From Camelus ferus (taxonomy: Eukaryota), in the NCBI RefSeq assembly GCF_009834535.1, contig NC_045697.1, forward strand, positions 52,020,001 to 52,084,000: DNA of 64,000 nucleotides. Reading direction: 5' to 3'. This document shows, one piece after another, positions 23,820 through 37,301 of this stretch. Below the pieces are notes generated by a model. That model saw nothing but the letters and a program-made list of their open reading frames with translations, was not told the origin of the DNA and searched no databases. A program made the position numbers and the translations under genes. Position 1 is the stretch's first letter; each line of letters begins with the position of its first letter.

Positions 23820-24465
23820 ACAATTTTCTCCTCCTGATGTGATGCAATAATAGACAATGTCACTCATGTGGTGTCCTTGCCAAACTGTGTCTAGGCTTCA
23901 TCTAATAATGACGGGTTATCAGACTCATCCAGAATATTGCATATTAAAAAAAACTGGCCTGAAATCCTTTAAAACACTCAATACCATAAACAAACAAAAA
24001 AACAAAAAGAAAAGCTGATTGAGGATTTTCTACGTTATACATTAAAAGAGACTAAATAAACTTAAACACCTAAGAGTTGTGCAGGAACCATTAGAGCTTA
24101 TGGATATTATTACCTAAAATAAATGACTAAACAAAGCAAAGAATGAATAATAAACATTAAAATGTGTTGTGCAGTTGGGGGAAATCTAAGTGTGGATTGT
24201 ATATATTTCTGCATTAGTCATAATTTTAAGTTAATTTAGAAAGCTGCTACACTTCTAATAAATGACTGAAGATGAAGTATCATGAGGTCAGCTACGCAAG
24301 TTCAAATGATCCAATCAAAAATGGGGAGGGGGGTTGGGTGTAGAGAGAGTAAGACTGTGGCAAATTAGTAAACTGTGAGTGCATTTGTGTGAAAGATATG
24401 CAAATGTTCTTTGTATTAGTCTTTCAGTTTCTCTGTAGATTTGAAAATTTAACAATAAAGTTGGG
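23820..24465 (+). mobile_element. Old L1 3' UTR (L1MC4/L1ME-like)
   Basis: cctcctgatgtgatgcaat, ttctttgtattagtctttcagtttctctgtagatttgaaaattt..aataaagtt. Confidence 0.65.
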
Positions 24466-25419
24466 CAGCAATAAGGTATCTTTTGAATGTCATTTATTTT
24501 TATATCTCTACATGCTATACGGTACATCTATTTTTTTCTTTAAAAGTTATCTTGATTCCTTTTCCTTCGCTTCCAAAGACAGAACAATAGTCTTAATTAA
24601 TTTTATTTTAGGGTGATTCAATTCATATGACAACTGAACCAGACAACTTTCAGTTCTGAGTATCCATGTATAAGATTAACAGAAGCACATAAAGAAGCTC
24701 CAGAAAGAATGTGCTTCTGAGTTTTGAGCTCTAATCTTAAAGGCATGCCTCAATTGTTTCCCTCATTTGGATGATTGATTCCCCAGTCATCTGAAACACT
24801 GATTAATGCTTTATCACAGACACATTGGGTATACTATGGTTAACTTTAACTTATACTGTTCCTATATATTCTGTATATCTATTACAGTAAATTAACACAA
24901 AAACAATCAAAACAGTTTATTCACTTATTTAAAAATACTTCTTGATCATTTATTATATAAAATCTATCATGTAGTCTCACAGAAGTCTGAGAGATAAATA
25001 TGCTTTGGTTCTGGCCTTTATGGAAGTGGCAGGCAACCTGGAAAAATTAGAGACCTGCTGTTTTCAGGGTAAATAAGAAGTACCCTAACAAGGATGTGGA
25101 TACCTACACTGAGAAGGACGAAGACAGAGACTTCTTACTCCTGAGGGAAATGAGGGAAACTCATTTTGCAAGATGTAATATGTGATCTTGATGAATATGC
25201 ATGATTTTTAGGCAAAACTTTTCTGGGGTCCAGCTTAGAGAACACAAGATTGAGAAACAGAAGAAATATACCTCTATCCTACTTGAATCAGAGATGCATA
25301 CCTTACTAAAAATTTGACAGCTAAGAAGTATCTAGATTATTCAAAGTAATCACATTTCACAAACTGAATGAGTTTGACATATTCTTTTTTTCAAACGTAA
25401 GTGAAAAATACAGTGTAGA

Positions 25420-26330
25420 CTTCTTCATTGGGCCATAATGGAAAAAGAGACCCAAACTATGTTACCACTAAAAACAACTAGAATCTGCCCCCAAAATATG
25501 TGTGTTTAGACACTTAGCAATCAGCAGTAGAGGACTCTGATCCCTGAGAAGAAGAAAAATGAAAAAATAGTAGTACAAATTAGAGGAGTCCCATGATTTC
25601 CCTAACTTTCTACCTAAATGTACTGTCTGGACCACAGTTCAAGGAGGGACATTCCAGGCAGAGCATGGCATTTATGTTGTGATGAGGGGAGAGGGATGAT
25701 GTTCAAGGCAGCCAGAGCAACTGGAATTTTTATTAACATAATGAGGAAGGAAATAGAAGATATATCAATGACCTAAATGGAAATTAAAGTACGGCATACA
25801 AAGTGAAAAAATTTCCAGATAATACTAAAGAAGAAGATGACTCACAAATAACACAAGAAGGCACATTATGATCAAATTACTGAACACCCTGGCAAAGAGA
25901 AAAAAATTAAAGATCATCAACTTCTTATGGGAAACACTAATTCAGAAGACAATGAAGTGACATCTCTAGCATGCTGAAAGAGAAGGAAAATAAACATGTT
26001 TTCAGACAAAAAGGTGAGAAATTCATTAACAAATGAACTGCATTACAAAAAAATGCCAAAGGAAGTTAGCAGTATATGCTGGCCCATAAACTAGGTCTCA
26101 ATACATTCAGAACAATATGATTCATATAAAGTATATTTTCTGGATAGAACTGAATTCTTTTTAAATTAATAACTGAATAGTATCCAAAGTATCCCCAAAT
26201 ATTTGGAAATTAAACAACACATTGGTAAAAGAAGAAATCACATGAGTAATTAGGAAATACTTGTAAATAAATGATGATTAAAACACACTATCACTATAGT
26301 TGTAGGATACAGATGTAAATGTATTTTAGA
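25420..26330 (+). mobile_element. Fragmented old L1M (5' UTR/ORF1/ORF2 pieces)
   Basis: actctgatccctgagaagaag (5' region), ttttcagacaaaaaggtgagaaattcatt (ORF1), atatgctggcccataaactaggtctcaatacatt (endonuclease). Confidence 0.55.
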
Positions 26331-26339
26331 GTTAAAAAT

Positions 26340-29300
26340 AAAGCTCTAAAAAGCCAATGGGTCAGTGATGAAATCAAAGAGGAAATAAAATACTTCAAGA
26401 CAAATGACAATGAAAGCACAACCATACAAAATCTAAGGGATGCAGCAAAAATAATCCTAAGAGGGAAGTTCATAGCAAGGCCTTTCTCAATAAACAAACT
26501 CAAATAACCTAACCTACCCAAAAGAATTAGAAAAAGGAGAACAAACAATACCTAAGTCAGCAGAAGGAAGGACATAATAAATATCAGAGAGGAAATAAAT
26601 ATAACAGATTTTTTAAAAATAGAAAAAAAATCAATAAAACCAAGAGCTGATTTTTTGAAAGGATAATCAGCAAACCTCTGGCCAGGCTCACCAAGAAAAG
26701 AAGACCCATAAAAACAATAGAGAGGAGAAATAATAGATACTGCAGAAATACACAAAATAAGAAAAAACTGTGAAGAATTATATGCCAACAAAATGGACAA
26801 CTTAGAAGAAATGGAAAAGTTCGTAGAAACACACAGCCTGCCAAAACTAAAACAAGAAGATACTGATCATTTGAACAGACTGATCACTAGAAGTAAAAGA
26901 ATGTATGATTTAAAAAAACTCCTTACAAACAGAAGTCCAGGACCACATGGCTTCACTGGGGAATTTTACCAAACATATAAAGAACTTATACTCATCTTTC
27001 TCAAACTCTTCCAAAAGACTGAAGAAGAAGGGACACGCCCAAACTCATTCTATGAAGCCACAATCACCCTCATACCAAAATCACACAAAGACAATACCAA
27101 AAAAGAAAATTATAGGCCAATATATTTGATGAATATAGATGCAAAAATTCTCAAAATATTAGCAAACTGAAGCCAACAATGCATAAAAAGGATAATATAC
27201 CATGATCAAGCTGCATTCATCCCAGCATCACAAGGATGGTTCACTATACACAAATCAATCACTGTGATATACCACGTTAACGAAAGACAAGACCAAAACC
27301 ACATGATCATCTCAATAGATGTAGAAAAATCATTTGATAAAATTCAACATTATTCATGATAAAAACTGTCACCCAACGTGGGTATAGAAGGAACATATTT
27401 CAATGTAATAAAAGCCATTTATAACAAACACAAAGCCAACATAATATTCAATGGTAGGTAGGTGATAGCCTTCCTGCTAAAATCTGAAAGCAGACAAGCA
27501 TGCCCACTATCACCACTTCTATTCAACATAGTCTTGGAAGTCCTAGCCACAGCAATCAAACAAGAAAAATAAATAAAAGAAATCTACATCACAAAGAAAG
27601 AGGTAAAATTGTTATAATATGTAGGAGACATGATACTATATATAGAAAACCCTAAAGACTCCTCACAAAACCCATTAGAACTGATAAACAAATTCAGCAA
27701 GGTAGCAAGATACACATAGAAATCAGTTGCATTTCTTTACACTAACAATGAAATATCAGATAAAGTAAAAAAAAAAAAAAATTCTGTTTAAAATTGCATC
27801 CAAAAAAATACTTAGGAATAAACCTAACCAAGAAGGTAAAAGACTTACATGCTGAGAACTATAAAATATTTATAAAGGAAGTTAAAGATGATTCAAAGAA
27901 ATGGAAAGATATCCCCAATGCTCTTGGATTGGAAAAATTAACATTGTTAAGTGGCCATACTACCCAAAGCAATCTACAAATGTAATGTGATCCCTATCAA
28001 ATTACCAAGGATATTTTTCATAGAACTAAAACAAATAATCCTAAAATTCATATGAAACCACAAAAGAACCAGAATTGCCAAAGCAATCCTGAGGAAAAAG
28101 AACAAAGCTGGAGGCATAACCCTCCCACACTTCAGACAGTACTACAGAGCTACAGTAATAAGAAGAGCATAGTACTGGCACAAAAAAAGACATATGGATC
28201 AATGGAATAAGATAGAGAGCCCAGAAATAAACCTACACACCTACAATTAATCCACAACAAAGGAGGCAAGAATATACAATATTTTGGGGAAAATGGACAG
28301 CCACGTGTAAATCAGTGAAGTTAGAATACTCCCTCATACCACACACAAAAATAAACTCAAAATGGCTTAAAGACCTAAATATAAGGTAGGACACCATAAA
28401 ACTCCTAGAAGAGAACATAGGCAAAACATGCTCTGATGTATTTTCTTAGATCAGTCTACCCAAGGCTAAAGAAATAAAAGTAAAAATTAACAAATGGGAC
28501 CTAATTAAACTTGTATGCTTTTGCACAGCAAAAGAAACCATAAACAAAACAAAAGACAGCCTATGGAATGGGAGAAAATATTTGCCAACAATGTGACCAA
28601 TGAGGGCTTAATTTCCAAAATAAACAGCTCATATAGCTCAGTATCAAAAAAAAAAAATCAAAAAATAGGCAGAAGGCTTAAATAGACATTTCTCTAAAGA
28701 CATTCAGATGGCCAACAGGCACATGAAAGGATGCTCAACATCACTAATTATTAGAGAAATACAAATCAAAACTCTAATGAGGTATTACTTCACATGGTTC
28801 AGAATGGTTATCATCAAAACATCTACAAATAATTGAATCTGGAATGTGTGTGGAGAAAAGGGAACCCTGGTACCTTGTTGGTGGGCATGTAAATTGGTGC
28901 AGCTACGATGGAGAACAGTATGGGGGATCCTTTAAAAACTAAAACTAAGTTGGAAGTTCAAGATTTGCAGATACTATTATATATAAAATAGATAATAAGT
29001 TTATAATGTACAGCACAGAGAACTATATTCAATATCTTGTAGTAACCTATAGTGAAAAAGAATATGAAAACAAGTATGTATGACTGAAACATTATGCTGC
29101 ACACCAGGAACTGACAGAACAACACTGTAAATTGACTATACTTAAATTAAAAAAAAAAAAAGAATACAAAACCCCACCAGAAGCCAAAAAAACTAAAACT
29201 AGTGTTACCATATGATCTAGCACTCTCACTCCTGGGCATATATCTGAAGAAAACTCTAATTTGAAAAGATACATGCACCACAATGTTTATAGCAGCATTA

Positions 29301-29658
29301 TTTACAATAGCCAAGACATGAAATAAAGATGTGGGGTGTGTGTATATACACACAATGAAATATTACTAACCATAAAAAAGAACGAAATAATGAAATAATG
29401 CCATTTGCAGCAACATGGATGAGCCTAGAGATTATTGTACCAAGTAAGTCAGAGAAAGACAAATACCATATGATATCACTTAGATGTGAAATAAGTGATG
29501 AACTTATTTACAAAAACAGACTCACAGACATAGAAAACAAATTTTTTGTTACCAAAGAGCAAAGGAGGGGAGGAATAAATTAGGGGTGTGGGATTAACAT
29601 ATACACACTACTATACATTGACACATTATAACTGACTATACTTCAATTTTAAAAAAAA
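26340..29658 (+). mobile_element. 5'-truncated artiodactyl-type LINE-1, decayed ORF2 plus 3' UTR
   Basis: ORF2 peptides [70 protein letters not shown] (decayed YADD), [14 protein letters not shown]; many stops and frameshifts; A-tail near 29650. Confidence 0.95.
28948..29187 (+). mobile_element. Young L1 3' tail inserted into the older L1
   Basis: 14-bp TSD aaaaactaaaacta at 28934-28947 and 29188-29201 at a TTT/AAAAA endonuclease site; polyA at 29149-29161. Confidence 0.85.
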
Positions 29659-31799
29659 GAACACTTAAATAGGAACTAAAAATTGCTCTTTTTGTGCTTA
29701 GAATGAGAATTAGTCGCTCTCAATCTCTATAAAATACATGTTATCTAGAAAAATACAGTAAAGGTGACAGTCAAACCTGAATCTCTCACCTTCACTAATC
29801 CACAGACCAATCTGCTTTTCTACCAAATAGTAGCAGCAATTAGAAATCACTGCCAATAGTTTTTATTGAACCAGAGCATCCCAGTTTCAAGAAACTGCTG
29901 TACTTGTCCCTGAAGAGACATTTTTTTCTTTTTTCCCAAAGAAAGAAATAATGAGAAAGAAATAAAATGAAAAATGTTTCAAGGAAGCAGGAACCAAAAA
30001 CTCTTAACATGCCTACTCTTTTTAATGAATGGCTCATTTAAGATTCTTCTGGGTGACGAGCTAGATCCCAAAGTTCCCCAGACTTCTCTTTACTTTCAAG
30101 CCCATAACCCAACTTTTGCAACCTAACTTAAATGGGAGATGGTACTAAAACCAGATTTACAAATGTAATCATTATCAGGGACTATATGAGATTATATTAT
30201 CATGGTGGCTGAAAGCTGACAACCGGTGATGTTGTGCTAATACATCACTGGCTTGGGAACCAGCAGTCTTTTCCCTTTTCCCATCTAGTTATTTTCTATT
30301 GTTGTTTAAATTACCTCTTATTCACTCCGTCATTTATTAACTCAACAAACATTTGTCTAACACAGCGATTAGCCCTGAACACAGAAGAGCGCAAATTCCC
30401 AAGGGGCTCACAATATAGGCACTTAAGAGAATATTCTGGAAACCAATCATATTGTTTTTATAAATTGCAGTATAAATCTTCCCAGAGAAAAATGTGTTCA
30501 CCTATTGAATGATCAAATGCTCATCTACTGATGCTGAAGGAATGTTCATCAGGGAGGGCTGTCCAGCCAGGTCCCAGAGATTACCTTGGTGAATTTACTA
30601 AGGTGCAGGTTACAGCCTTGTTGAAGGCTGATGAAGACATTTTGTCAGTGCCCTAAACTTAACTGATCTCAAGGATCCTGACTTGTGATGACAGTTCTCA
30701 AAACAGCAGGTATATGAACTGAAACATAAACTTATCCCATCGCAGTGAGAACTTGAATTTTCAGGCAGATGGAAGAGTTGTGACAGCTGACACAGCACAT
30801 ATGGAAAGCCATATGGTGACACAGTGAGTTGGTGAACAGTTAGCACACCCTCCTGTGCATCACCACAGACAGAGTTCTCCTTTTCCCCCTGTTTTCATCA
30901 CTGGCCAAACCTTCTTCTTCCTTTGTCTTTTATCCAGATATGATGATACTGTTGGTGAGGCTACATGTCAGACCCAACTGGCCAGGAAATCATTTGAGAT
31001 GATCTTGCATATTCACTAACTCTGAGAACTACCTAATTAATTCCTTTTGTTCCTGAGACTTTCTTCTCAGCTTCTTATTTATCAAGAGTTTCCCAGTAAT
31101 CACTATTTTGGAGACATGTAGGGGAAAATAAGAAGGAATACATGTCATGAGCATCCACTTGATTTAAGATCAATTTAAATTGGCCATACAAAGCTCTGAT
31201 TATTTAATTAATTTAATGCATATAGTAAATGCCATGCCTAGTTTTCCTTTTAACTCTTTAAATCTCTAGCTATATGAAAAAGAAGAGTAGCAGCTTTAAA
31301 GATATTTTCTCTTTAAAGTTTTCTTTGAGTTGTCATCATAGGCAGTATAATCTCATCTATTTCTTTTCCTGTGGTGTAGTTCATGAGAAAAGTGTCTGTC
31401 AGCTGTGGATACCATAAAAAAATTCTGCTTGAAGCAGCAAAACTGTTTATTTTAGCAGTAAAATAACATCATAACATTATACTACTTGGGAGATTAAGCA
31501 CAGTGGAAAATCTAAGTGTATTTCAGGCCCAAGCACAATCAATTGTTTTTTCTAAAAGCCGTATGAAGCCAACATTTTTACTAGGATGAAAAATGATAAA
31601 GTTTACTGCTTCCAAAAAAATTTCTAAACTGTTTATAGAAATTGAATTACTGTCAGTACAAAGACTTCAAGAAGCAAATGGTCAACTATTAATTTTTCCA
31701 TCAACAGCCTTTACTGTGTGAAGGTAAACAAGGGTCATTTCTGACAAAATAATTAACAAGCTTAATATACTCTTCATTTCACTGTGGTTAATTTATGTT

Positions 31800-32330
31800 T
31801 TAAATCAGAAGAGTTGGGTTCAAACGTCTGGTGAAACACACCGATAGTTACATTATGTGAACCTCAGTTTACTTATCTATAAAATCAGAGGGTAAATTAT
31901 GATAAGTTTAAAGACAATGAATTATCCCTTTTATTTTTTATTTTATTGAAGTATAGTTGGTATCCAATATTATATTAGTTTCTGGTGTGCAGCGTAGTGA
32001 TTCAGTCATACATACATACTTTTTCATATTCTTTTTCATTATAGGCCATTATAAGCTATTGAATATAGTTCCCTGTGTTTTGTAGTAGGGCCCTGTTGTT
32101 TTATCTATTTTGTACATAGTAGTTTGTGTCTGCTAATCCCAAACTCTTAATTTATCCCTCCCCCCACTTTCCCCTTTGGTAACCATAAATATGTTTTCAA
32201 TGTCTGTGAGTCTGTTTTGTAAATAAGTTCATTTATGCCATAAAAAAAGACAATGTATAGGAATTAAATGAGATAGTCTTGGTGGCAAGAATATTCAGCA
32301 TGATGCTTGCCTCATAGTAAACACCCACCC
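31800..32330 (+). mobile_element. MIR split by an L1 tail insertion
   Basis: tcaga..gggttcaaac..gaacctcagtttacttatctataaaat core, resuming with aattaaatgagata..catagtaaacac after 32255. Confidence 0.65.
31920..32245 (-). mobile_element. Young L1 3' tail
   Basis: ttttattgaagtatagttg...gaatatagttccctgtg...ccctttggtaaccataa; flanked by the 10-bp repeat aaagacaatg (31910-31919, 32246-32255). Confidence 0.85.
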
Positions 32331-33062
32331 AGGTTCATGCACTTGCTCGCGTCTCTTCACAAAGGTGTATTAAATTTTTTGTATTTTCATCCTGTGATAT
32401 TAGTAACTTGCCTGGATTTGGAACTCAGTAATAACTTCATAGCAACAGAGTTTGATACCTGTAGTAGGATATACAAATATCAGTAGCAATTAGCAAATTT
32501 TCTGGCAAGCAATGCAGAGCATTTTAAATTAATATTACAAATGAGAATAGCCAGAGATGTAACAATTGAATTTTTGTTTTTAGTTTTTTAATTAAAAAAT
32601 TCCTTTGGCAAATAATTGCTAATTGTTGCTTAATGTTGTTGATATTAAGAAATTTATTTTAAGAAATTCATTGTCTTTGGGTAGAAGAGGTAGAAGGAGA
32701 TGATTATTGATTACAATTTTGTTGTGATATTAATTGTATTTTGCTATTCCTGGCTATTATGATTCTGACAATACTTATAAAAATTTCAATTTAGTCAACC
32801 TCACAGAATATAGTCTTCATCATACAGCCATTTGTGTGTGTGTGTGTCTATGTGTTCAGGTTTGTGGTTGAATGCACCAAAATGCTTCATAATAAGAATT
32901 AGACAATTTGGATTTTCAAGAACCTCATTTTTAAACAGGTATATGTTGCTATTACAATAAATATCAGTATACACCAATAAAATTTAATATCCAAATCAAT
33001 GTATGTTTATACCTATTTTATATAGCCTACATAAGTGAAGTTTTCTTTTTATCATGTTATTT

Positions 33063-33229
33063 TGTTGTTGTTGAATTATAATTGACTTACAATGTTGTGT
33101 TAGTTTCTGGTGTACAGCAAAGTAATTCAGTTAGACATATATTCTTTTTCATTCTCTTCTTCATTATAGGTTATTACAAGATACTGAATGTAATTCCCTG
33201 TGCTATACAGTAGGACCTTGTTGTTCATC
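33063..33229 (-). mobile_element. Young L1 3' tail
   Basis: aattgacttacaatgttgtgttagtttctggtgtacagcaaag...ccctgtgctatacagtaggaccttg; imperfect 15-bp TSD tttatcatgttattt / tttatcatattactt. Confidence 0.85.
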
Positions 33230-33904
33230 TTTATCATATTACTTTCTAAAACACTGCAAATGATTCTTATTCTTTCTGATATGTTACCCCTTTTCATTGA
33301 CAACAATTCTGTCTAATGCAGGAAGGAAAGGAAAAAGCTATTGATTCTTTATTTCTTTATTTGTGGAACTATAAGCTAAAAATTGTGTCTTGCATTCTCT
33401 CCAACCCCTCCTGGAAATGCAGAAACTTGTGGGATTGCCTCCTTGTCATTTTTTCCCCCATATAATAAATCAAGTCATGAAAAATTTGACCACTGAGATT
33501 GCTTTTTATAGTAATAGGAAGAGAGCAACAAGGCTATGAATTATCATGAGAATATGACCAAGGATGGAATTTATTTATGATAACGAGTTTTAGTTTTATT
33601 TCCCATTAAACTTGGTTTAAAGCAATTAGAGACTGCATACTTAAAAAATATAGTTTAACATATATTAAATATTTCTATTAATTATCAGAACCAATGTTAA
33701 AATATTAAATTTGTAATACTAAACTCAAATAATTAGGTCTAATGTTAATGGTGAGAAGGCTATTATCTGGAAATGTATACTGGTGCCTATTTTCTTTTGA
33801 CAAAAAGATATTGGGTTTAAAGCTCAACTTAACTTGTATGTTAATAAGTTCTCTTCATTATATAGGAATGCTCTAGTCTTTCCCTGTGTCTAAAAACTCT
33901 TTCC

Positions 33905-35552
33905 CAACACAATACTGACAAAGAACAAAGTTGGAGGACTGACAGTACCCAATTTCAAGATTTATTACAAAGCTACAGTAATCAAAATAGTAGAATGTTA
34001 GTGAAAGAATAGACAAAATACATCAGTGGGACTGAATAGAGAAAGACCCACATAAATACAGCCCACTCATCTTTGACAAAGGAGCAAAGGCAAGACAATG
34101 ACGAAACAACAGTTCATTCAACAAATGGTGCTGGAACCATTGGACATCCACATGCAAAAAAAAACCAAAACCCAAAACCTAGAAACAGACCTTAAAGCCT
34201 TCACAAAAATTAACTCAAAATGGATCATAGATGCTAAATGTAAAATGCAACGTAAGAAAATAATAACGTAAGAAAAAAATCTAGAAGAGCTTAAGTATAA
34301 TGATGACTTTATAGACACATTATCAAAGGCACAATTTGTGAAAGAAACTATTGATAAGCTGGACTTTATTAAAATTAAAAACATTTGCTCTGCAAGAGAC
34401 AATGCCAAGACAATAAGCCACAGACCAGGCGAAAATACTTGCAAAAGACCTATCTGATAAAGGACTGTTTTCCAAAATATATGAAAAATCCTTAAAGCTC
34501 AACAATAAGAAAATAAACCACCCAATTTCAAAAAGAGTCAAAAATCTTAAAGACAACTATCAAAGAAGATATACAGATGGCAAATCAGTATACAAAGAGA
34601 TGCTCCACATTATATATCATTAGGGAATTACAAATTAAAACAATAATTAGATACCACTACACACCTATTAAAATGGCCAAAATCCAAAACACTGATACCA
34701 AATATTGGTGAGGATGAAGAGCAACAGGAAATCTTATTCATTCCTAGTGGTAATGGCAAAATGGTACAGCTGTTTTGGAAGATGGCTTGGTACTTTCTTA
34801 CAAAACTAAACATATTCTAACCGTATGAACCAGCAATCACATTCCTTTGTTTTTACCCATAGGACTTAAAAACTTATATCCACACAAAAACCTGCACAGG
34901 GGTGTTTATAGCAGCTTTATTCATAATTGCCAAAACTTGGAAGCAACCAAGATGTCTCTCAGTAGATGAATGGATGAATAAACTATAGAACATCCAGACA
35001 ATGGAATATTATTAAGTACTGAAAAGAAATGTGCTATCAAGCCATGAAAAGACATGAGGAACCTTATATGCATATTACTAAGGGAAAGAAGCCAATCTGA
35101 AAAGGCTAGAAACTACATGATTCTAACTTTATAACATCCTGGAAAAGGCAAAAAACCCTGGAGGAAATAGATCAGTGGTTTCCAGGGATTAGTGGATAGG
35201 GAGGAAGAACTGGCAGGGCACAGAGGATTTTTTAGGACAGTGAAATTATTCCATATGTTACTACAATGATGGATGCACGTCATTATACATTTATCCAAAC
35301 CCACAGTATTTGCAGTACTAAGATAGAGCCCTAATGTGAACTATGGACTTTGTGTAGTCATAATATGTCAATGTAGGTTTATCAGTTATAACAAATGGAC
35401 TGATATGGTGTGGGATACTGATAGTGGAGGCAGGGTGGGGTGGTACATGTGGGAGGACAAGGGGGTATTATGGGAATTCTTTGTTCTTCCCACTCAATTT
35501 TGCTGTGAACCTAAAACTACTCTGAAATTAAAGCTTACAATAAAGTTTTAAA
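33905..35552 (+). mobile_element. L1MC1/L1MC2-like ORF2 C-terminus plus 3' UTR
   Basis: aagaacaaagttggaggactgaca, ttcaacaaatggtgctgg, and 3' UTR gcacagaggattttt..ccctaatgtgaactatggacttt..ctcaattttgctgtgaacctaaaact. Confidence 0.9.
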
Positions 35553-35559
35553 AATCCAT

Positions 35560-35990
35560 TTAATTAAACAACTGAAGAGTTTTCACCAAACCTTCAATTG
35601 GTAGTGATTGATCTGCTTTGTAATAAAAAATAATAAAAGGCAAATATAGAGAGAAGCAGCTAATAGAATTCTTAAATGCTCCCTTCCATATGATGAATAT
35701 TTTCAATTAAAATTTTGTGCTCACAGACTGAGATTATTATTTGGTAATATCTGTGTGAAAAGACATTTTCAAAGATGAAATGTATAAAATGTTATTATCG
35801 GTCAGCACTAACTGATAAATGTTTGCAATTGATTGTGATAGGCAGTACTAACTTTGAATCCCAATTAAGCAAACTGTTACCCCTCCCCGCAAAATTCAAC
35901 TCTTCTCATTAGACCTATATTTTTTTAAAAAAGTACTCAATTATTATTATTTGAATTCATCAATAAAAAATTTTTCAAAATTAAAAAAGA
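35560..35990 (+). mobile_element. hAT-Charlie (Charlie5/MER33-like) transposase 3' remnant
   Basis: About 35740-35830 translates LCEKTFSKMKCIKCYYRSALTDKCLQ, matching the hAT dimerisation motif (S)TYLCExxFSxMKxxKxxxRSxLTD. Confidence 0.75.
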
Positions 35991-36039
35991 ACTCTAGCCA
36001 CAATATTTCTTCCTTTTATGTCATTGTTTCTTAGAGAGA

Positions 36040-36832
36040 AGTCTTTATTCTCACTAGTCACTCTCAACTTCATCCCTCAGTCTTTTCAGCATCTCCTCTG
36101 TGCAACACAGACGTGGTTCCTAAGAAGGTGCTGAGGACGTTCGTCTACCCTGTCATTACAACCAGCATATATCACCAGCCTCATTCGATGTATCAGAAGC
36201 ATTACTCTCTTTAAAAGACCCCCTTCCCTCAGCCCCCTTAATATCCTTGACTTTCGCAGCACCTTTCCGGCTCCTTCTTGGACTTTTTTTCCCTGCCTTC
36301 CTCTTTCATTTACCTATTCCCCAGGGATCTCTTTTCTGCCCTCTTCTCAATATATACAGCCTCCTGATTGATTTCATAATTCCCAAAGCTACAATTCCCA
36401 TATTAACTCCATCTCAAGGACAAACATTCAGGGTATGCCACCTCTTCTAATGTATCATATTATTATTTCTTGCAGCCTCATGGTCATCTCCCTTTGGCTG
36501 TCTCATAGAATCTCAAACTTTGTAAGTACAAATTTGAGCTTATTAGACTCATCCAGGAATGGCAGTTTTTCCTCTATTTCCTGAATGAAGGATGTAACTA
36601 ATTTCCTGTTGTATAAGCCAGGAATCTGCAGGCTTCATTCACTCTCTGTCCACCAACACCCAATCTGAACCTGTTGATTCTTTCTCCCAGATATGACACA
36701 CCTGCTTGTTCCTCTTTTCTGCATACAGCACTGTCATCTTTCATCTGGATCATGGACACCTCCTAACTGGTTGTCTCCCTCCAGCATGTTCTCCATGCAG
36801 CATGCAGAGTGGTTACTCTAAAATGTGCATCC
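36040..36832 (+). mobile_element. LINE-2 fragments
   Basis: tattccccagggatctcttttctgccctcttctc, tctcaaactt, aagccaggaatctg, acctcctaactggttgtctccct. Confidence 0.65.
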
Positions 36833-37301
36833 TGTGTGGGCCTTGCCACTTCAAGGGGGCATTTCAGTGGAGGAAGGATTTCTTAATCCTCTGGTCGCCG
36901 TGTAGAAGAACTATCCCAAGTCATCCTTGAGCTCATGAGTTATATGTGGTTCTCACTTGCCCCAGGATGGAAAGAGTTTGTTTCGTTGAAGACTTTGGAA
37001 AAAGTAACTGCTCGTTGTGGCTCTAGTCTTCCTGGGAGTCAGGTTCCTGTGAAAACCATCCCTGATGATCTGCTCCTCCACTCTTGTCCCTCTGGGAAGA
37101 CTGATTCTCTAGCACTGCCTTAGGTCTGTACACCCAATTCTGGGAATCTGAACAAGGAAGCATACTATGCCTGTCTGCATGCCCATTCAGTAATAAAGGG
37201 GATGTTTCCTTTCTGATCTTATTCCAAGTACTCTATCTTAATTAGTTCAGAATTCTTGTGGGGAAGTTTTGCTATTTATTGGGCCCCCTCAAGCCCTAAC
37301 A
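36833..37301 (+). mobile_element. Putative ancient LTR (ERVL/Gypsy-like) with adjacent PBS-like TGG
   Basis: Interrupts the L2 at TG (36833); AATAAA at 37192-37197; ends ccctaaCA followed by ttggc. Family not identified. Confidence 0.4.

Noticed and set aside
26793..27170. 125-aa ORF as a functional L1 ORF2 or host gene
   Set aside because: It is a fragment of a 5'-truncated L1 with flanking stops and frameshifts and a destroyed YADD motif.
30480..31030. Possible processed pseudogene or ancient LINE RT (FLCLLSRYDDTV near 30920-30955)
   Set aside because: Only a weak YxDD-like match; no upstream motif B on the same strand and no recognisable protein in any frame.
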